NCBI GenBank assembly: GCA_963745835.1
Contig: CAVUZH010000016.1
Span: forward strand, 1 to 64,000
Reading direction: 5' to 3'
Origin: an uncultured delta proteobacterium
Lineage (GTDB): Bacteria; Desulfobacterota; Binatia; UBA9968
DNA length: 64,000 nt
Shown here: positions 55,862 through 64,000 of the stretch, one piece after another
Layout of the letters: every line of letters begins with the position of its first letter
Numbering within the stretch: the first letter of the stretch is position 1
Made by a program: the position numbers and the translations under genes
The notes under the pieces: generated by a model
Told to the model about the DNA's origin: nothing
Seen by the model: the letters and a program-made list of their open reading frames with translations, nothing else
Database searches by the model: none

Positions 55862-56133
55862 GCCTCCTTCGCTGAAGGCCAGGATTTGGGGCTTCAGTAC
55901 CACAATCGGATCGCGTACCACAATCCCAAGCCGCTTGTCAGGGCGCCGTCCAATCCGGATAAAGCCATGCTGGTCTCTCCTGACAAAATCCCTATTGATT
56001 CTGTCTATTGACAGAAAAGATTGCAGATACTAAGCGTACAGCGAAGAAGCAGACAGAGCTTAGAGCCAGGCCGCACCAGTGCAACTCCATACTGAACGAT
56101 CAGCGGATTGCGAGCCAGGCATCGGGGAAGGAT

Positions 56134-57285
56134 ATGGCAAGAAACGGTTTCAAGATCCTCGATAGCGATATGCATGTTTTCGAGCCGCATGATCTTTATT
56201 TGAAGTACATGGACCCCAGATGGGGCGATCGTATACCACGAGGCGAGCCGAGAAAAAGACACGGCCAGATTAAGTTTACCTATGCCGATGGCAAGCCGAT
56301 TCGGCCATCAGGCACGCAGGTCTTGACCACCACTTCGCCAAAGACCGATCCGGCAGAGAGCGCGCCGGGAGAGGCCGAAGTGGCTCATCGTTATGGAGAT
56401 CCTTTTAAACGGGACTACGATGCTATCTCTCAGCTGGGCGCGATGAACGAAGAAGGACTCGACGTCGCGGTTCTGTTTCGCACGTTTCCGCTCCATTGCG
56501 ATGACAGTCTTGAGCCGGAGTACGCCAACGATCTTTGCCGCGCGTGGAATGATTGGATGGCGGATTTCTGCAAAGCCGATCCGAAAAGGCTGCGGCCATC
56601 GGCGCTGATCACTCTGCACGATGTCGATTTGGCCGTCGATGAAACTCGCCGGGCGGTTACGCAATTGGGGGCGATCGGTTTATGCCTCGTCCCCGAGCCC
56701 GCTAACGGCCGCCATATTCACGATCGCTATTACGATCCCGTTTGGCGCGAAGCGGAAAAGCTCGGCGTGCCGATTTGCTTCCATCCGGCCGCAAATCCTA
56801 ACACCGAACAGGTAGTTCACCGATTCAAGGGACACGCCAATGAAGCCGTGCTGATCAATGCGTTCCGCAATCCGGTGGAATTGATGCTTGCTGTGGGCAG
56901 CTTCTGCGCCGGCGGTGTTCTAGAGCGGTTTCCTCGATTGCGCGTCGCTTTCCTCGAGGGAAACTGCGGCTGGCTCCCCTGGGTACTTTACCGCTTGGAC
57001 GAAAGATGGGAGCTCAGGAAGAGTTATACCAACGAGCCCCTCAGCACAAAACCAAGCGATTACTTTATGCGCCAGTGTTTTATTTCGGTGGATGTTGAAG
57101 AAGATCTGGTCGGTGACGTGATCAGAAGAATTGGCGACAACAACGTGGTGATCTCCACCGACTATCCGCACGCGGACTCCCACTGGCCCGACGCGGTGAA
57201 TCACTTTATGGCGATGGAGATGCCAAGCAGCGCGAGAAGGAAGATTCTCTGGGATAATTGCGCGCGGCTTTATGACGTGAACTAA
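56134..57285 (+). CDS. Amidohydrolase_2 family protein
   Basis: ILDSDMHVFEP, AWNDW, CFHP, FLEGNCGW, STDYPHAD. Confidence 0.92.
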   Translation: MARNGFKILDSDMHVFEPHDLYLKYMDPRWGDRIPRGEPRKRHGQIKFTYADGKPIRPSGTQVLTTTSPKTDPAESAPGEAEVAHRYGDPFKRDYDAISQLGAMNEEGLDVAVLFRTFPLHCDDSLEPEYANDLCRAWNDWMADFCKADPKRLRPSALITLHDVDLAVDETRRAVTQLGAIGLCLVPEPANGRHIHDRYYDPVWREAEKLGVPICFHPAANPNTEQVVHRFKGHANEAVLINAFRNPVELMLAVGSFCAGGVLERFPRLRVAFLEGNCGWLPWVLYRLDERWELRKSYTNEPLSTKPSDYFMRQCFISVDVEEDLVGDVIRRIGDNNVVISTDYPHADSHWPDAVNHFMAMEMPSSARRKILWDNCARLYDVN

Positions 57286-57317
57286 ATGCACCAACGCGGA
57301 AGAATACTTTGGAGCCG

Positions 57318-57542
57318 CTACTTCTTGACAAAGAGCTTTGTAAATAAGCGTTCGGATTCGCGCAACCCCTCATCCGTTAACCTCACGGACTTCGCTTTGC
57401 CGACAGGATTAGAAATAAAACCCTTCTCATGGAGCCGGCTCATTGTATCCCAATCGAAGCTCTTCCAGGCCCTCTCATCATGAAGTGTTAAATAGAGTAG
57501 CGCGAGAACCGCCTCGTCGATCTTTTCTGTATCGAAATCCAT
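57318..57542 (-). CDS. DUF6429 family small protein
   Basis: DEAVLALLYL..RAWKSFDW..RLHEKGFIS.P..KAKSV.LTDEG. Confidence 0.85.
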   Translation of the reverse strand: MDFDTEKIDEAVLALLYLTLHDERAWKSFDWDTMSRLHEKGFISNPVGKAKSVRLTDEGLRESERLFTKLFVKK

Positions 57543-57608
57543 TGTCCCCACGTAGCCGAAGAGGCGATGCGCGCTGAATTGGTGATATCTGATTCCAGGT
57601 CAGCGATG

Positions 57609-58644
57609 CTAACCTAGCGCCGGCCTCACCTGCCGCGCGAACCGTTCCATCGACTTGAGAACTTTCTGCTGATTCAAGCCGCCGAAGTGAAACGTTAAAC
57701 CGATATGGGTCGTGCCGACGCACTTGAATTACCTTTTTGATGATGTGTGCACAAGTTTCCGGCCCACCGAAGACTCCACGGGCATCTCGCACCATCGCGT
57801 CGTAATCGAGATGCCCAAAAAGACGTTGGTAGGCTTCACTGTTGGGGTCGAGATTGAGAGCAGAAAGTGCAAATCCGCGCCATCGATTCCAATGCTCGAT
57901 AACCTCAACGCGGGCAGCCCGATCATCGGCTGCGACATATGCCGGATACATCACAAAAACATCTTTATCTTCCACGCTGTGGCCTGCCTCACGCAATGCG
58001 TCCCGATACTCTTCGATGCGTGGACGTTGTATTTCATTACTGGCAATCCATGGCAATGTCAGTAGGTGATGGCCCCGACGGCCGACCATCTGAAAGCTTT
58101 CAGGATCTTTGTGTGCCGTAACATAAATCGGTGGGTGCGGTTTCTGTAGCGGTTTGGGGTAAACCGTGAGCTTGGGAAAAGTGTACTCCTTGCCTTGCCA
58201 CTCGAATTCTCCGCCTGTCCACGCCTGCATTATAATATCGAGCGCTTCGGGCAATCTCTGCTGGGCCGTTTTCCAATCGGCATTAAATACCATGTACTCA
58301 GTCGGGTGCATCCCTCGTCCAGCGCCAAAATTGACCCGACCTTTTGAAAGAAGGTCGACCATCGCAAATTCTTCCGCGATACGCAGGGGGTTATGCATCG
58401 GCACAATCGACACCGCAGCGCCGAGGCGCATTTTTTTTGTTCGTTGCGCCGCTGCGGCAAGAAGCACCGGAGGGCTCGGCATCATGCCCCCGAAATAACG
58501 AAAATGATGTTCGGTCACCCATAGTGAATCAAAACCTAAGCTCTCCGCTAAATCGATCTGCTCGAGCCAGTGCGTATAGAGCTCGGGGCTTTCGCCATCG
58601 AGTTCCGGCACGTAAGTGTTCAAAAGGTAATAACCAAATTTCAC
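57609..58644 (-). CDS. Luciferase-like (LLM) flavin-dependent oxidoreductase (frameshift near 3' end)
   Basis: AESLGFDSLWVTEHHF, PLRIAEE..DLLSKGR..GAGRG, PKPLQKPHPP; RBS AGGAGG plus GTG. Confidence 0.9.
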
Positions 58645-58806
58645 GGATGCGACCTCCTGCTTGTCAGAAACTGATCCAATCATTACATTTCATATCGCCT
58701 CGCAATCAACGCGAAGACAGCGATAAGCACATGCGATGAGCGCGCTATGATTCACGACATCAACTTCCAGAATATCGTCCATGGCTTGTAGCCCTCGCTG
58801 AGAACT

Positions 58807-59838
58807 CTAAGTGCCATGCGATTGCGCTTTGAACCCGGCGACGGTTGCCCGCCAGCCGTCTTCATTCTCGCCGGGTACGATCGGGAAATAGTAGCTCACC
58901 CGATCCAATAAGCCATCATATTTTTGCAGTACTTTTCTCGGGAGCTCGGCCCAGGCGCCGCGCAGTGCGAAGGCATCGAGCATGGTATCGGTAACAAGCG
59001 ACGGCATGCCATCCCATTGGCCGCGCGCCGCCAAGTTCCTCAGCTGCTCGGCGGTTTCACCCCAACCTTCGATCTCAAACACCGGCCGGTACGGCGGCGT
59101 ACTGGCATAGAATGCAATCTGCTGGCGAATCTCGGACTCGTAGCGCGGAACTTGGTTTGGATCATCCGTTGGGATAACAAAGATACTGCTCGACAGCTCG
59201 ATAGTTTGGCGCTCCCGGCCGCCCTTTCTCAACCCGAGTTGAATATGCGGCGAGATGATTTCTTGAAGATAACGGGTCGTGTGCAGCGGATGAACGTGAA
59301 AGCCCTGGCACAACTCGCCGGCGAGTTGGCACATGCGCCGGTTCACTCCGGCAATATAGATCGGGATCAGATGGTATTCATGCGGCTGTGGACTAAAGAA
59401 TGGAGTCATCAAAGTCAGCTTAAAAAACTCGCCCTGAAAGTTCAGCCTGGTGCCATTTTGCCAGCAATCCCAGATGGCCCTCAAGGCCAAGATCACCTCG
59501 CGCATTTTTTCTACCGGCCTTTCCCATTTAACACCGAAGCGCCGCTCGTTGTGCCCTTTTACTTGGGTGCCTAATCCCATAATGAAGCGGCCCTTGGAAT
59601 AACGCGCCAGATCCCAAGCGGTGTAGGCTAAGATGGCCGGACTGCGGGCGAATGCTACGGCGATACTTGTTCCCAGGCTCAGGTTTCGGCTATGCTCCGC
59701 GGCGAGAACCAGCGGCAGGAACGGCTCATGGGCGGTTTCGAAAGTCCATAGTCCGTCGAACCCCGCTTCATCTGCAAAGCGCGCCAGCGCCGGCATTTGG
59801 CGCAGATCGTGAACTAGCAGGCTGGCATCAATCTTCAT
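58807..59838 (-). CDS. LLM oxidoreductase, TIGR03617-like (probably F420-dependent)
   Basis: ETAHEPFLPL, IAVAFARSP, GLGTQVKGHNERRFG, LMTPFFSP, IAFYASTPPY. Confidence 0.88.
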   Translation of the reverse strand: MKIDASLLVHDLRQMPALARFADEAGFDGLWTFETAHEPFLPLVLAAEHSRNLSLGTSIAVAFARSPAILAYTAWDLARYSKGRFIMGLGTQVKGHNERRFGVKWERPVEKMREVILALRAIWDCWQNGTRLNFQGEFFKLTLMTPFFSPQPHEYHLIPIYIAGVNRRMCQLAGELCQGFHVHPLHTTRYLQEIISPHIQLGLRKGGRERQTIELSSSIFVIPTDDPNQVPRYESEIRQQIAFYASTPPYRPVFEIEGWGETAEQLRNLAARGQWDGMPSLVTDTMLDAFALRGAWAELPRKVLQKYDGLLDRVSYYFPIVPGENEDGWRATVAGFKAQSHGT

Positions 59839-59933
59839 CGCATACCATCCAAAGCTGCTCCCGCTTAGCAATAAAGCGCAAAGCTGAAATCTCGCACTTG
59901 GTCTTCACACTAGCATCAAAGCGGGAACGATCC

Positions 59934-59961
59934 TTGACTAAGATTATCTAACCAATACAAT
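59934..59961 (+). promoter_or_regulatory. Sigma70-like promoter
   Basis: TTGACT-16 nt-TACAAT, 52 nt upstream of the SBP ATG. Confidence 0.5.
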
Positions 59962-60013
59962 TGCTCCCGGCCATACTCGAGAACCAACAACTGGATAAAG
60001 GACGTCAATAGGC

Positions 60014-60997
60014 ATGAAAATACCTTTTTTTAAAGCATTCCTTTTTAGCCTAGTGTCCATTGCGCTGCTGATCACGCCGGCCTCGCTCAGAGCTCAAGAT
60101 AGGCCGTCTCCGGAAAAAGTCCGCATCGCGGTCGCCACTAGCTCATTGGCTTTTCTCGTCCCCTTCGTCGCCAAGGATCGCGGATTTTATCTGAAACATG
60201 GCGCAGATGTGGAACTTATACAAATGCGTCCGAATATTGCGATGGCTGCGCTAATCAGCGGCGATATCGATTATGTCGAGCTTATTGGCTCAATAATTCG
60301 ATCCTCGGCGAAAGGTCTGCCGGTCAAGGCGATCTCTACTAGCATCAAAGCACCGTTCTTTAGCATCGTCGCCCAACAAAAATATAAAACGATGAAAGAC
60401 CTGAAAGGCGCTATCATCGGCCTCACCTCCATCGGCGGCACAAACCACGTTAGCACACGCCTGACCCTCAAGCATTTCGGCATGGATCCTGAGAAAGACG
60501 TCAAGCTCCTGGCCATCGGTGACGAACGACTCATGTACGACGCCTTCAAAATTGGACGCGCCGATGCGGTCGTCGTTGCGCCGCCTTTTTCCGTCTTGCT
60601 AAAGCGCGAAGGTTTCCCGCTCCTGGCTCATACCGCGCAGTATGTCACCATCCCGTTTTCCGGCCTCGGCACAACCAACGACAGAATTAAAAACAGCCGG
60701 CCGCAAATTAAAAAATTGCTCAAAGCCGAAATCGAAGCTCTGCGATTCATTCAGGCCAGCGCCCAAGGGACAAGCGAGGTCATTCGCAAGCGTTTCAACA
60801 TGGACGAAAAATTGGCGCGTGAATCTTACGATGTGGTGGTCGATGCCTACAGCCGCGACGGCCGCGTGCCCCTGGACGGCGTCGACATCTTGCTGCAGAT
60901 CGAAAAGGACGCAAAACAAATCGCTCCGACAGTCACGCCGCAGATGGTCGTCGAACCGTCATTGATCGAAGAGGCGTTGAAGGAGCTGGGACGGTAG
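60014..60997 (+). CDS. NMT1/SsuA-like ABC substrate-binding protein
   Basis: Signal peptide (..LRA|QD), AKDRGFY..G, DLKGAIIG, GMDPEKDV. Confidence 0.88.
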   Translation: MKIPFFKAFLFSLVSIALLITPASLRAQDRPSPEKVRIAVATSSLAFLVPFVAKDRGFYLKHGADVELIQMRPNIAMAALISGDIDYVELIGSIIRSSAKGLPVKAISTSIKAPFFSIVAQQKYKTMKDLKGAIIGLTSIGGTNHVSTRLTLKHFGMDPEKDVKLLAIGDERLMYDAFKIGRADAVVVAPPFSVLLKREGFPLLAHTAQYVTIPFSGLGTTNDRIKNSRPQIKKLLKAEIEALRFIQASAQGTSEVIRKRFNMDEKLARESYDVVVDAYSRDGRVPLDGVDILLQIEKDAKQIAPTVTPQMVVEPSLIEEALKELGR

Positions 60998-61059
60998 CCC
61001 TGTCGAGCATCGATCGTGATTCGGACATTTTCCATTCGCCACTCGAATTTGTCTCGCCC

Positions 61060-61076
61060 GATTGTTTCAAACAATC
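61060..61076. promoter_or_regulatory. Perfect palindrome, putative operator of the Rieske gene
   Basis: GATTGTTT-c-AAACAATC, 110 nt upstream of the ATG. Confidence 0.45.
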
Positions 61077-61186
61077 ATTAACGACTAGTAGATCTACCCT
61101 GATGGCTGCTGTGGAACAGGATCCGTCGATGTAGTAAATGCCGGCGGCCGGAACGATCCCTACGTGTTCGGCAAGGAGTCGCGACG

Positions 61187-62401
61187 ATGGCCACGAGAAA
61201 AAATAGAACAATCACGGATGCCGACTTGGCCCGGGTGGGGCCGGACACTCCTGCAGGACAGTGGCTCCGTCGTTACTGGTTAGCGATCTCCCGTGCCGAA
61301 GACCTCAAAGACATTCCTCTCGGAGTCAAGATTCTTGGCGAAGAGTTGGTGCTGTTTCGCGATGATCGGCAGCGGCTCGGTCTATTGGGCAGACACTGTG
61401 CACACCGCGGCTCGTCACTGGAATACGGGGACATCGAGTGCGGCGGCATTCGCTGCCCGTATCATGGTTGGCTTTATGACGTCGAAGGCCAATGTCTCGA
61501 GCAACCCGCGGAACCCAAAGACAGTAAATTTCATTTGAAGGTTAAACAGCTTTGCTATCCGGTGAAGGAACTCGGAGGTCTCATCTTCGCTTACATGGGT
61601 CCCGACAGGAAATCCCCCCCGCCCTTGCCTAGATACGCAACGCTGGTGCGCAATGACGGAAAGCTCTTCCACGAAGCGACTCGTCAGTACGATTACAACT
61701 GGTTCAATTTCTTTGAGAATGCACCAGACGTCACTCATCTATCGATCCTGCACAAAAACAGCGGCTACGGAAAACAAACCTGGGGTAACAATTTTTTTAA
61801 TTATCATGACATTCCGCCTTTCGAACCCGTTGAGACGGAGTTCGGCGTGAAGGCGGTTTCGCGAAAACCCGGCCCGACGCCGGATACGGAATATGTCCAT
61901 GAGCTCGGCGCCTTTTTACCCGGCATTCTCGATCTCGGCAGCGTGAACAGTACCGGCAGCGAAGAGCCTGACAATGAGCATACGATCTTTCTCACGCCTA
62001 ACGACGACGATCACTTCATGTTGTTTTCCATCGATTACTATACCGGTTCCGATCCGGATTTTTTCGATAAAATAATGGCAAGGCGTTACGGACCCGCCAG
62101 AAAAGAGGAGCCCAAGGAGTACGACCGGCGCAAGTACAAAGCATGGAAAAGCAGCATCGCACTGGAAGATATCGTGACGCAGGAGACGCAGGGGACTCTG
62201 GGGACGCGTCACGAACAACTCGGTTACGCGGACCGGGGCGTGATCATGTTGCGCCGGATGGTCCGCGAAGCAATCGCGACGACGCTCGAAGGTGGAAGAC
62301 CCAAAGGAGTTTTCAGCGACAAAGAAACCGACAGGATCATTGATTTTGGCTGCTTTACGGGGATAAAGCCGAAAGCGACTACAACAGGGCGACGTAAATG
62401 A
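61187..62401 (+). CDS. Rieske non-heme iron oxygenase alpha subunit (phthalate 4,5-dioxygenase-like)
   Basis: VGPDTPAG..RRYW, CAHRG..CPYHGW, ENAPDVTHLSILH, EDIVTQETQG, DRGVIMLRR. Confidence 0.92.
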   Translation: MATRKNRTITDADLARVGPDTPAGQWLRRYWLAISRAEDLKDIPLGVKILGEELVLFRDDRQRLGLLGRHCAHRGSSLEYGDIECGGIRCPYHGWLYDVEGQCLEQPAEPKDSKFHLKVKQLCYPVKELGGLIFAYMGPDRKSPPPLPRYATLVRNDGKLFHEATRQYDYNWFNFFENAPDVTHLSILHKNSGYGKQTWGNNFFNYHDIPPFEPVETEFGVKAVSRKPGPTPDTEYVHELGAFLPGILDLGSVNSTGSEEPDNEHTIFLTPNDDDHFMLFSIDYYTGSDPDFFDKIMARRYGPARKEEPKEYDRRKYKAWKSSIALEDIVTQETQGTLGTRHEQLGYADRGVIMLRRMVREAIATTLEGGRPKGVFSDKETDRIIDFGCFTGIKPKATTTGRRK

Positions 62402-62471
62402 AGCGACCGCGCGATCTGCGCGACGGCAAGGTAAATCGGATCGCAAGGTACATGAGGAAGAGGTTATTCTT

Positions 62472-63507
62472 ATGGTGAAACAGACAAAACCGATCATTCG
62501 CGCTGGTTTTCGCCGCGACGCTTGTGATCGTTTCGGGAGCAACCGCGCGCGCGCAAGATACTTACAAAGACAAAACTCTTACTTTTATCGTCGGCTATTC
62601 GCCGGGCGGCACCTACGATCAATATACCCGGCTGATCGCGCGCCACATCGGCAAGTACCTGCCCGGAAATCCCAGCGCAATCGTCGAGAACATGCCCGGC
62701 GCCGGCGGCATCATTGCGGCCAATCATCTTTACAACCGAGCGAAACCGGACGGACTAACCATCGCCGCCTGGGCATCACCGCTGATCCTCCAACAGATCA
62801 TGGGCAATGAAGCGATCAAATTTGATGGTCGCAAAGTTGGTTGGGTTGGTATCCCCGGCCCTTACGATACCGCCTGTCACTTCAGCCAGGAAAGCGGCAT
62901 CAGAACGGTGGATGACTGGTTTGCGGCCAAACGACCGATAAAGATTTCTTCGATCGGACCGGGAACGAGCCTTTCCGATGTTCCCAAGCTTCTGAAGGCC
63001 GCACTCAACCTGCCGCTGGAGATGGTCGAAGGCTACAAAGGCGGCGCCGAGGCTAGGTTGGCGGTTGAAAACGGCGAGGTCGATGGCTTGTGTGCTTCAT
63101 GGCAGGCAACGAAGGTCTCCTGGCGCAGTCAGATAGAGTCGGGAAAAATCCGTGTCGTATTACAGGCGACTCAAAAATCGCATCCTGACCTCACAAACGT
63201 TCCGCTAGCGATGAATTACGCCAAGACCGAAGAGGCCCGAACACTTCTGCGTGTTGCAGACAACGTACACGTCTACCAATTTCCGTATTCCGTAGCGCCG
63301 GGTACGCCGCCCGAGCGCCTGCAAGTTCTTCAGCAAGCTTTCGTCAAAACACTACGCGATCGTGAGCTAGTGGCGGAGGCCGATAAGGCCCAGTTAGAAG
63401 TCGAACCGATCGATGGAGCGACCACGGCCAAGACATTCGCAAGTCTCTATGAACTGACACCGCCGCTGATCGCTAAATTAAAGGACCTTTTGATACCGAA
63501 ACGATAG
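62472..63507 (+). CDS. Tripartite tricarboxylate transporter substrate-binding protein (Bug/TctC; 5' frameshift)
   Basis: IVGYSPGGTYD..R, VENMPGAGG, KPDGLT, GYKGGAEARLA..GEVDG. Confidence 0.9.
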
Positions 63508-63657
63508 GCACACGGCTCGAGAGTGCTGGCTAGTGCGATTTCTTTGTGGTCTTCGCCTCTTGGCGTGAGTGACTACAGGAGAGTCCGTCGCCTGCGGCAA
63601 AGCTGCGAAAGAATGCCAAGGGTCCGTGGTAATTCCGACAGGAGGACGCGGCGCAGA

Positions 63658-64000
63658 ATGAAAAAGGATCGTCGTTACCGGTGGCAGCGGTAGGTTGGGA
63701 CAGTTCGTCATTCGTGAGTTGCTGGCCCACCGTTACGAGGTTCTCAGTCTCGACAAAGTGGCGCCGCGGGAAAAATTGTGTTCGACCTGGATCGCCGACC
63801 TGCGCCACGCCGGGGATCTGTTCGAAGCGACCAAAGGCGCCTACGGTATTGTCCATCTCGGCGCCTATCAAGCGCCCAATCTCGCGTCGGATGCCGAGAC
63901 CTTTAGCAATAACGTGACCGCGACTTACAACCTGCTGCGCGCCGCTGCTGATTTAGGCGTAAACAAAGTCGTGATCGCGTCGAGCACCGCGGCCTTCGGT
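63658..64000 (+). CDS. NAD-dependent epimerase/dehydratase (runs off the window; frameshifted)
   Basis: IVVTGGSGRLG, IVHLGA, NNVTATYNLL.AA, KVVIASS. Confidence 0.85.

Overview
The window joins two unrelated genomes at about position 14593. Positions 1-14593 are a very GC-rich alphaproteobacterial housekeeping block resembling Rhizobiales/Mesorhizobium: araD1-like, ccdA, glmU, glmS, DUF502, recG, sdhE, mfd, an ACT protein, a DsbA-family gene and a truncated ABC solute-binding gene. From about 14594 the DNA has lower GC and looks like a Candidatus Binatia/Deltaproteobacteria-type genome, an inference from gene repertoire only. It starts with a decayed tyrosine-integrase island edge, then moaC-rlmI-radC-M23, then many catabolic enzymes, orphan solute-binding proteins, a Cache-HAMP-3xGAF kinase, dinB and small orphans. 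Many genes are split by single-base indels typical of noisy long-read consensus, so several CDS boundaries are approximate. I found no rRNA, complete tRNA or CRISPR array and cannot claim a proven new system. Best leads: (i) a sigma54-driven locus of tiny orphan genes with two paralogous CxxC..CxxC zinc-ribbon proteins around a palindrome-rich divergent spacer (51428-52947); (ii) a promoter plus a compact multi-hairpin candidate RNA upstream of the integrase remnant (15345-15450); (iii) an arylmalonate-decarboxylase-like enzyme in a PrpD/cyclase/QOR operon; (iv) a solute-binding-fold protein with no signal peptide; (v) a Cys-form deiodinase-like protein.
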